32,000 nucleotides of DNA from a bacterium (GTDB lineage Bacteria > Babelota > Babeliae > Babelales > RVW-14): contig CP064957.1 of the NCBI GenBank assembly GCA_016699045.1, forward strand, positions 33,613 through 65,612, in the 5' to 3' direction. The notes beneath the pieces were generated by a model, which did no database searches, was not told where the DNA came from, and saw only the letters and a program-made list of their open reading frames with translations. Below are positions 23,137-30,188 of the stretch, one piece after another (position 1 is the first letter of the stretch; every line of letters begins with the position of its first letter). The position numbers were made by a program, and so were the translations under genes.

Positions 23137-24837
23137 ATGATGAGTAATTTTTTGTCTTGGGTCGTCTGTGTGCAAATTATTGGTGAGTCGTTGCCAATTA
23201 GTAGCTCTTCGCACGTGCGCTTGCTTATGATGCTTGTGTCATTGGTTGGTGGGGCAGCTTTTTTTGGACAACCAATCCCTGATTTTTTGGATCATTTTTT
23301 GCATGGCTCAATGGTCTTGATTATTATATTTTTTTTTCGACACGTGTGGGTGCCGATCTTTTGGCGACTTGTTGATGTGGTGCGTGCGTATGCGTTTCGC
23401 GTGCGTGTGCGCGATAGCCAGCGGGCGTTGGCTTGTGTGTGCCTGTGGCTGATTTTTTATGTTGGTTGTGCGAGTGTGATTACCGCACTTTTTTATAGTG
23501 TGATTAAAGTTATTTTGAAGTACAATGCGGTGCTGGCGCATGAAGCTACCATGCTTGTTGGTTTGTGTGTGACAGCAGGTTTGCTGTGGTCTTTGCGGTA
23601 TGTGGACCTTTGTCCTTCAATCTTTCAGTCTTCGCTAAAGCTTCGCCGGACTTCGTCGACAAACTGCTCCTTCGATCCTTCGACAAGCTCAGGACGTACG
23701 GAGCTCAGGGCGAACGGGCTTCAGGATAAGTGTGACGGGTGTAAAAAGTCTTGTAACGTAGAGAAAAATATTCACGCTCTCTCCGTTCGCCCTGCTTGTC
23801 CGTCGAAGCTTGTAGAGCGTAGTCGGGAGCTTGCCACGCCCTTTAAAGCCACGAAGGGCGAAGAATGGGTCGAAGGGTCTTGTGTTTCTAAAAAAAATGC
23901 AGCTCAGAGCGATCTTAGTAAGTGTGAATATGCTTCTCGTTGTTCCAAGGCCTGTTCTCAAAACCTGAGGGACAAAGAACAGGACAATTTTGAGACGAGC
24001 AAAAGAACCTTATGTTTTAATGAAAAGCGCAGAATAGAATTGAATCAGCGACAAGCGCAAGGTGAACGGACTGATTGCGTATGTGATTCTTGTGATTATG
24101 TGTCTCATTGCAAAAAAAAGGTATGTCCGTGCTTGCCTGTTGAAGAGTCTGGGGTTGCTGAGAAAAATGAAGACCCTTCGACAAGCTCAGGGTGTACGGG
24201 GCTCAGGGTGTGTGGGTCTTTGAATAAGCAAGAAAAGCGTAATGGGGAGTCTTTTTGTTCTTTGGCTTTCAATAACAAATCCGTATGCCCTGAGCTTGTC
24301 GAAGGGTCTGCCTGCTCTGCGTGCCCGTCGAAGTGTCAACGAAGTCGGGATCTTGTCTATTCGACACAGTCTGTCGACTTGTCCGGCGAAGCTTTAGCGA
24401 AGTCGGAAGGGTTGAGGGGCGAAGATCAAAGAGCGAAGACGGAAGAAAAAAAACTCACAAGTTTTAAAATCTACGCCATTCTCGGTCTGGTTCAAGGCCT
24501 CGCACTGCTGCCCGGCATCTCGCGTTTTGCCAGCACGTACGTTGCTGCTCGTTGGCTTGGCTTTTCAACACGACGCGCTTTTCAGGTGTGCTTTTTGCTC
24601 GAGCTACCAATTGTGCTTGCAGCGTTTTTAGTGCTGGGTGTTGGCGGGGCGTGCAGGCAGCATGGCTGGGCAGTGGTTGGTGAACCGAGCGTCATGCTCA
24701 CCATAGTTGGTGCAACGGTTGTTGGTTATGGAGCTCTTTGGGCAGCCTGGTGGTTGGCAGAGCGGCGCTTATTGTGGCTGTTTTCAGTATATCTACTGCT
24801 GCCCATCTTGACTGTGCTATACTTAATTTTTCAATAA
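23137..24837 (+). CDS. uppP: Undecaprenyl-diphosphate phosphatase (UppP/BacA) with a repeat-derived in-frame insertion of about 277 aa
   Basis: The N-terminal box is IIGESLPISSSSHVRLL (compare E-x-x-x-E-x-LP-x-SS-x-x-H of BacA). The C-terminal box is LPGISRFASTYVAARWLG (compare PG-x-SRSG) and is followed by TM helices. The recognisable halves (about 163 and 127 aa) add up to a normal UppP length. Confidence 0.85.
   Translation: MMSNFLSWVVCVQIIGESLPISSSSHVRLLMMLVSLVGGAAFFGQPIPDFLDHFLHGSMVLIIIFFFRHVWVPIFWRLVDVVRAYAFRVRVRDSQRALACVCLWLIFYVGCASVITALFYSVIKVILKYNAVLAHEATMLVGLCVTAGLLWSLRYVDLCPSIFQSSLKLRRTSSTNCSFDPSTSSGRTELRANGLQDKCDGCKKSCNVEKNIHALSVRPACPSKLVERSRELATPFKATKGEEWVEGSCVSKKNAAQSDLSKCEYASRCSKACSQNLRDKEQDNFETSKRTLCFNEKRRIELNQRQAQGERTDCVCDSCDYVSHCKKKVCPCLPVEESGVAEKNEDPSTSSGCTGLRVCGSLNKQEKRNGESFCSLAFNNKSVCPELVEGSACSACPSKCQRSRDLVYSTQSVDLSGEALAKSEGLRGEDQRAKTEEKKLTSFKIYAILGLVQGLALLPGISRFASTYVAARWLGFSTRRAFQVCFLLELPIVLAAFLVLGVGGACRQHGWAVVGEPSVMLTIVGATVVGYGALWAAWWLAERRLLWLFSVYLLLPILTVLYLIFQ
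23623..24453. repeat. Nest of type A and type B palindromic repeats inside uppP, bounded by inverted type B copies
   Basis: The core CGACAAGCTCAG occurs at 23681 and 24179, and reverse-complemented at 24290. Type B hairpins lie at 23795-23828, 24322-24349 and 24381-24407. CTTCGCTAAAGCTTCGCCGGAC (23629-23651) is the inverse of the copy at 24381-24407. Confidence 0.85.
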
Positions 24838-24853
24838 GCGAAAGGAGCGTTTT

Positions 24854-25147
24854 ATGATTGAAGAGCAGTACAAAGATCGGCTTGTTGCCATCATTTCAAA
24901 ACACCTGCCGGGGTGTTCAATTTATATGTATGGTCCGTGGGCTCAAAGTCAGGGTTGCTTGCCGATGCCGATTGGTGTGGCGCTTGATGATCGTGCACAA
25001 GAAATTGATATCGCGGTACTTGGCACTATTTTAGACGACCTTCATGAATCAACTATTCCGTATTGTGTTGAGCTTGCCGATATGAATGATGAGTATGATG
25101 ACATTGTGAAAGAAGTAAAAAAGGGTTTTGTGGTATGGAAACAATAG
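24854..25147 (+). CDS. Degenerate MNT-like protein with NTase catalytic motif lost, pair 4
   Basis: It aligns with 20214..20516, but IYLFGSRATGQHHAHSDIDLALD has become IYMYGPWAQSQGCLPMPIGVALD (GS to GP, DID to PIG). AGGAG ribosome-binding site 16 nt after the uppP stop. Confidence 0.75.
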   Translation: MIEEQYKDRLVAIISKHLPGCSIYMYGPWAQSQGCLPMPIGVALDDRAQEIDIAVLGTILDDLHESTIPYCVELADMNDEYDDIVKEVKKGFVVWKQ

Positions 25148-25578
25148 CATGTCGGCACCAGCAACGGTTGCATGAAAAACTTAAAGCGTTGGAAGAGGTT
25201 TTGTATGATATCAATCATGTAAGCGAATGGTGCGATGAACAGGACCAGGTAAGAGCTACCAAGCTTGCACACATGATGCACGATTCTTTAACCAAGCGCT
25301 TTGAATATTGTGTTGATGAGTTAAGTAACTATTTAGCAGCGCGCGTCCAAAAACCAGGGGCAATGAGTCGCGCAAAAAATATGCGCGATGTGGTTCGGTT
25401 GGCCGTACATGCAGGCGTTTTAACACCTCAACTTGGGGAGCAAGCGCTCGTGATGCTTTCGATAAAGAATAGTATTAGCCAGCTTGAACGTGCTGACCGA
25501 GAACCGTTTGTTCAAGATGTTAGCAACTATTGCAATTTGATGAAAACTATTGTTGAAAAACACGATCTGCAAAAATAA
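25135..25578 (+). CDS. Degenerate HI0074/HEPN-like protein with R-x4-H motif lost, pair 4
   Basis: SLTKRFEYCVDEL aligns with SLIQRFEYCTDMF of pair 3. The motif position NDRNLTSH reads SIKNSISQ (R to K, H to Q). It overlaps the upstream gene by 13 nt. Confidence 0.72.
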   Translation: METIACRHQQRLHEKLKALEEVLYDINHVSEWCDEQDQVRATKLAHMMHDSLTKRFEYCVDELSNYLAARVQKPGAMSRAKNMRDVVRLAVHAGVLTPQLGEQALVMLSIKNSISQLERADREPFVQDVSNYCNLMKTIVEKHDLQK

Positions 25579-25679
25579 TTTTTGTTAGAAATTTTAAAGT
25601 GTTGAAAAATTTTTAACAAAAGCGCTATGCTTAACAACAGGGGAAGTAGGGAATCGTTTTTTTGTGGAGAGGGGATACT

Positions 25680-28241
25680 ATGTGGCGCAAGAAAAAATTT
25701 AAACGGGTTACTATGCGCGCTTTTTTGGATCGGCAAAAACAGCTTTTTAAAGCGAGTGCTGGAACCAAGTCTGCGTGGTATCACCAAGAAGTTTTGGGTG
25801 TTGGTTTAACGGGTTTATTTATTTTTTTAGCACTAGCGCTTTTTTCCTACAATCCGCAAGATCAAACGTTGTTGAGTACTGGATTGCGCATTGGTGCTGT
25901 TTCCAACTGGGCAGGAGTTATTGGTGCTCATGTAGCGGCCGTGCTTGTTTATTTTTTCGGTTCGGCTGTGTATGTTTTGTTGGCATGTGTTATGGTTCCT
26001 GCTTATCTTTTTTTAGCGCAAGGCTCTGTTTGTGCTACGCGCATCCGCTGTGTTTTTTTACCGCTGTTATTGTTAGCAAGCGCGGGTTTGTGCAATCGAT
26101 ATGGCTTTGATGTTACGAGTAGTTATGCCGGTGGCTTGTTGGGTTATGCGGTATGTAGTTTGCTTGAATTTCCTTTTGGTTATGGCGGGACCGCGATCAT
26201 TTTGTGGTCGTTGTTGTGGATGAGTGTTTCTACGATTGGTCAAATTTCGCTGTTGAGCATGCTGAATAATGCGGTGCAGTATGGCTACTGGGCAACTAAG
26301 TATACCGTGTTGGCAGTGAGTCGCACGGTGCATTTGGTTGCGGTTAAAAGCTACTGGGTTTTTTGTACTGTGTTTGCTCGTGGCAAGCAATATCGCGAAG
26401 AGAATGAAGCGTTTGAACCGGAAGATGTTTTTGCGCAAACGTATAGCGATGGTTTTGTGGTGCCGTTAGTTAACGAAGATTCTTTTAACGCTGTCTTTGC
26501 AGAAAAAACAGAGCAGGGCGAAGGCGTTGCGCATGCGGCGCCAAAGAACGTGAATGTTTATGAATGGGATGCTTATGCGCCACCAGTAGCTGGTGTTGGG
26601 GCTCACGTGGTGGCAACAGACCTTGAGCAGCGTGAAGCTTTGATTGCCAAATTTGCTCATAAAAATATGAGAATGTTTGTGCGACATGAAGCCGCGGCGC
26701 CTTTGCGTGAGCGCTTGTTTTTGCCCAATACCGTTTTGAAAAAAAATATCTTTACTGGTCCGTTGGCCGCGTATGCGCGTGTGCTTGAAGCAATTAGTTT
26801 ATATGAACATGCTCGAGTACTGCAGGCTAAAAAATTTACGCTTCCTGAGGTAAGTTTATTTGATACACATAGCGATGGGCAGATTGACCAACGAATTCAA
26901 GATGAGGCGTTAGCTCGTGGAAAAAAACTTGAAGAAAAGCTTCAGCATTTTGGCGTAAAAGGCCGCGTGACCAACATTAAGCCAGGACCTGTGATTACGT
27001 TGTTTGAGTATCAGCCAGAAATTGATAGTAAAATTAGTAAAATTACGGCGCTTGAAGATGATTTGGCGATGGCGCTTTCAGCATTGAGTATCAGAACTAT
27101 TGCACCGATTCCTGGTAAGAATGCGGTTGGATTTGAAATTGCTAATCCAACGCGTGAGAGTGTTTATTTTGCAGACATTGTGCGTTCTGAAGATTTTGAA
27201 AATTTTCAAGGCGAGTTGCCGCTAATTTTAGGTGTTGACGTGGTGAAAACGCCGGTCATTGTTGATTTGGCAAAAATGCCTCACTTGCTGATTGGCGGGA
27301 CGACTGGTTCTGGTAAATCGGTTGGCTTGAACGGCATGTTGGCAAGCTTGTTGTGCAAATGTACGCCAGAACAACTGCGCTTAATTTTAGTAGATCCAAA
27401 ACGTCTTGAGTTTACGCCGTACGCCGACATTCCTCATTTGCTTTTCCCAATCGTTACTAACCCTGCGCGTGCTACGGGTGTTTTAAAGTGGGTGGTACAA
27501 GAAATGGAAGAGCGCTATGAACGTATGGCCGGGCTTGGGGTAAGGAATGTACTTGAGTATCAACGAGCAGTAGCGCATGGCATGCGTGATCAAGAAGGGC
27601 ATGTGTTAAAGCCAATGCCGTTTATTGTGGTGATGATTGATGAGCTGGCAGATTTGATGATTGTTGCTGGCAAAGATGTTGAAACGAATATTGTGCGGAT
27701 TGCGCAAATGGCACGAGCTTCTGGGATTCATATGATTGTGGCAACGCAACGGCCATCGGTTGATGTGGTAACGGGTTTAATTAAAGTGAACTTTCCTAGC
27801 CGTGTTGCGTTTCGTGTTTCATCAAAAGTTGACTCGCGCACCATTTTGGACCAACAAGGCGCTGAAAAATTATTGGGCCGCGGAGACTTGTTGTTTATGA
27901 GTTCTGCTTCAACTAATTTAAAGCGCGTGCATGCGTCGTACATTTCTGATCAAGAGATTCAACACTTGGCATCGTTTTTGCGTGAACAGCGCAAGGCGCA
28001 GTATCTTAATTTGCATGAGGTTTTGGAAGTTGCCAATGAAGATGGACGTGGTGATGCGGAAGATCAATTGTTCCCAGAAATAATTGATTTTTTAAAGACT
28101 ACGAGCGAAATTTCAATATCCATGTTGCAACGTCGCTTTCGAATTGGCTTTAACCGCTCTGCACGGATTATTGAGCAGCTTGAAATGAGTGGTTTGATTG
28201 CGCCGGCACAGGGTAGTAAGCCGCGTAAAGTTATTCGTTAA
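25680..28241 (+). CDS. ftsK: DNA translocase FtsK/SpoIIIE
   Basis: N-terminal TM helices, Walker A GGTTGSGKSVGLN, Walker B VVMIDELADLM, the ATQRPS motif, and a C-terminal gamma winged-helix region (MLQRRFRIGFNRSARIIEQLE). I place the start at ATG 25680, after GGAGAGGGGA. Confidence 0.93.
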   Translation: MWRKKKFKRVTMRAFLDRQKQLFKASAGTKSAWYHQEVLGVGLTGLFIFLALALFSYNPQDQTLLSTGLRIGAVSNWAGVIGAHVAAVLVYFFGSAVYVLLACVMVPAYLFLAQGSVCATRIRCVFLPLLLLASAGLCNRYGFDVTSSYAGGLLGYAVCSLLEFPFGYGGTAIILWSLLWMSVSTIGQISLLSMLNNAVQYGYWATKYTVLAVSRTVHLVAVKSYWVFCTVFARGKQYREENEAFEPEDVFAQTYSDGFVVPLVNEDSFNAVFAEKTEQGEGVAHAAPKNVNVYEWDAYAPPVAGVGAHVVATDLEQREALIAKFAHKNMRMFVRHEAAAPLRERLFLPNTVLKKNIFTGPLAAYARVLEAISLYEHARVLQAKKFTLPEVSLFDTHSDGQIDQRIQDEALARGKKLEEKLQHFGVKGRVTNIKPGPVITLFEYQPEIDSKISKITALEDDLAMALSALSIRTIAPIPGKNAVGFEIANPTRESVYFADIVRSEDFENFQGELPLILGVDVVKTPVIVDLAKMPHLLIGGTTGSGKSVGLNGMLASLLCKCTPEQLRLILVDPKRLEFTPYADIPHLLFPIVTNPARATGVLKWVVQEMEERYERMAGLGVRNVLEYQRAVAHGMRDQEGHVLKPMPFIVVMIDELADLMIVAGKDVETNIVRIAQMARASGIHMIVATQRPSVDVVTGLIKVNFPSRVAFRVSSKVDSRTILDQQGAEKLLGRGDLLFMSSASTNLKRVHASYISDQEIQHLASFLREQRKAQYLNLHEVLEVANEDGRGDAEDQLFPEIIDFLKTTSEISISMLQRRFRIGFNRSARIIEQLEMSGLIAPAQGSKPRKVIR

Positions 28242-28267
28242 AAAATAAGTTGATTAAATCAAAAAGG

Positions 28268-28298
28268 GCGGCTTCAGAAAATGAAGCCGCTTTTTTTT
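28268..28298 (+). terminator. Rho-independent terminator of ftsK
   Basis: GCGGCTTCA-gaaaa-TGAAGCCGC is followed by TTTTTTTT. Confidence 0.8.
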
Positions 28299-28400
28299 AA
28301 ATCCATGGTCGAAAAAGACGGTTGCTTTTAAAGCTGTATGGTTAAAAATTACGGAAGAGGGCTGGGAATGTCAATATTTTTACAAAAAGCTGTTATTTCT

Positions 28401-28429
28401 TTGCGTGGGTTGATTTTATAGCGTATAAT
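28401..28429 (+). promoter_or_regulatory. Candidate sigma70 promoter (TTGCGT-17-TATAAT) upstream of murF
   Basis: Consensus -10 at 28424-28429, a 17-nt spacer, and a 4/6 match at the -35. A second candidate is TTGACA at 28528-28533 with TAAATT 16 nt downstream. Confidence 0.3.
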
Positions 28430-28618
28430 CCAAGGCTTGTTTCAGAAAATGAGCAGGAGAGGCGATCAATTTTCTTTTTTGAAAAAATTTTCAAAGGTCA
28501 AGAAGTTGTCAATTTTTTAAGCAAATCTTGACAAACATGAGAAAAAAAGTAAATTTTGCCTGTAGGTACGTGGTTATTTTGTTGCGCAGTATAGGGCCGT
28601 TCACGAAAGATTTAGGGC

Positions 28619-30031
28619 ATGTGGGTTAGTAAAGATTTTTTACGCGAAGCGCTTGGGGATGCATCATTACACATTGGCAGACAGGCGTGTGTTGATGGTG
28701 ATGTTTCTTTTTCTATCGACAGTCGTTCAACGCAAGAACAGCAATTGTTTGTTGCCTTGCCAGGTAACCGTGTTGATGGGCATGATTTTATAGATCAAGC
28801 AATTACGAATGGGGCCTGGGGGTTGTTGATCAGTAAGCGAGCTGTCTTTGATTCCCTGAGTGAACGAGTCAAAGAACGGTTGGTTGTGTTGTTGGTTCCT
28901 GACACGCAACAAGCAATGATTGCCCTTGCCAAGGCATGGCGTGCGCAGTTAACTATACCTGTTGTTGGTATTACTGGTTCGGTTGGTAAAACTTCGACCA
29001 AAGAAATGCTACGTTCTATGTTGCGCTATGCCGGTGTGCCAGCTGCCGTTTCGTATGGCAATCAAAATACCTTGCTGGGCATTGCGCTCAATATTTCACA
29101 TGTTCAGCGTGAGCACAAAGTTGCGGTTTTTGAAGTGGGTATTAATGATCGAGGCGAGATTGAATCACAAATTGATTTATTGCGGCCAACAATTGGCGTA
29201 ATAACATTTATTGCTCATGCACACGCGCTTGGTCTTGGTTCATTGCACGAAATTGCTTATGAAAAAAAGAAAATGTTTCGCTACTTTTCACCAACCAATA
29301 TCGGTATTATTTGTGGCGATCAAGATTTGTTAACGGATAGCAGCTATGGACACCCTGTTGCAAAATTTGGTTTTAAAACAAAAAATCAAGTTCAGGCTCG
29401 CAAGGTGCGGGTGATTACCAATGTTGATGGTTCTCTTGCAACGCAATTTGTTTTAAAATGGTATGGGAAAAAAGTTACCGTAACTATGCCCGGTAACCAT
29501 TTGGGCATGGTTAATAATGCGTTAGCGGCAAGTACCATTGCCTATTTTTTAAACATTCCGTTTGAGGCGGTGGTGCAAGGCATTGAGCAGTATGAAGGTT
29601 TTGCGCATCGTTTTGAAATTAAGGATATTCGTGGCAAGCGTGGCCGCGTGATTAGCGATTGCTACAACGCTAATCCTGAAAGCATGCGAGCGGCATTGAT
29701 TGCTTTTGATCAAATGCCTACGGTTGGGGCAAAAATTGCCGTGATTGGTACCATGCTTGAGTTGGGAGAAAAACAAATTTATTGGCATCGTCAGATTGGT
29801 CGATTAGTCAATCGACTTCCTTCAATACAAACGGTTATTTTGGTGGGTGAGCTTGCCTGGCAGGCGGCCCTGTCGTTGGCGCCTGGGATTCAGGCAACCA
29901 AGGTGGCTGATTGGCAAGAGGCTTCTGCCATTCTTAAAACAATGCTCGGTGGGCATGATCAGTCGCTTGTTTTGGTCAAAGGTTCCCGCGGAATTAATTT
30001 GACTAAAATGGTTGAACAAATTGTTGAATAA
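28619..30031 (+). CDS. murF: UDP-N-acetylmuramoyl-tripeptide--D-alanyl-D-alanine ligase
   Basis: Mur ligase P-loop GITGSVGKTSTKEM, the MurF-typical DCYNANPESM, and the C-terminal VLVKGSRG. Confidence 0.9.
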   Translation: MWVSKDFLREALGDASLHIGRQACVDGDVSFSIDSRSTQEQQLFVALPGNRVDGHDFIDQAITNGAWGLLISKRAVFDSLSERVKERLVVLLVPDTQQAMIALAKAWRAQLTIPVVGITGSVGKTSTKEMLRSMLRYAGVPAAVSYGNQNTLLGIALNISHVQREHKVAVFEVGINDRGEIESQIDLLRPTIGVITFIAHAHALGLGSLHEIAYEKKKMFRYFSPTNIGIICGDQDLLTDSSYGHPVAKFGFKTKNQVQARKVRVITNVDGSLATQFVLKWYGKKVTVTMPGNHLGMVNNALAASTIAYFLNIPFEAVVQGIEQYEGFAHRFEIKDIRGKRGRVISDCYNANPESMRAALIAFDQMPTVGAKIAVIGTMLELGEKQIYWHRQIGRLVNRLPSIQTVILVGELAWQAALSLAPGIQATKVADWQEASAILKTMLGGHDQSLVLVKGSRGINLTKMVEQIVE

Positions 30032-30058
30032 GCTTTCTTAGTTTCTTTAATTGCCGGG

Positions 30059-30087
30059 TAAGGGCGATTTAAAAAGCCTTATTTTTT
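30059..30087 (+). terminator. Weak hairpin plus T-run after murF
   Basis: TAAGGGC...GCCTTA is a 6-bp stem with one bulge, followed by TTTTTT. Confidence 0.3.
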
Positions 30088-30114
30088 CGATTTAGATCGA
30101 ATTTTATGTTCTCT

Positions 30115-30143
30115 TTGTCATTTTTTAAGCTTCTTGCTATAAT
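30115..30143 (+). promoter_or_regulatory. Strong sigma70-type promoter (TTGTCA-17-TGcTATAAT) for the 30189..31166 gene
   Basis: A 5/6 match at the -35 (30115-30120), a 17-nt spacer, an extended -10 TG, and a perfect TATAAT at 30138-30143, 45 nt before the start codon. Confidence 0.6.
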
Positions 30144-30188
30144 GTAATATTATTATTGCAGGAGTAATTTTATTACTTTAGAGGTTGT

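Noticed and set aside
23623-24453. Whether the uppP insert could be an intein, an intron or a CRISPR-like array.
   Set aside because: It is not an intein: there is no C-terminal His-Asn followed by a Cys/Ser/Thr junction and no splicing blocks, although the insert does begin near a Cys. I recognised no group I or group II intron signature. It is not a CRISPR array: the repeat copies are irregularly spaced, lie in both orientations, and belong to two families.
25775-26438. The alternative-frame ORF 25775..26110 (+) and the antisense ORF 26073..26438 in the 5' part of ftsK.
   Set aside because: They overlap the membrane-domain coding region of ftsK, whose frame continues uninterrupted into the motor domain. 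They are shadow ORFs.
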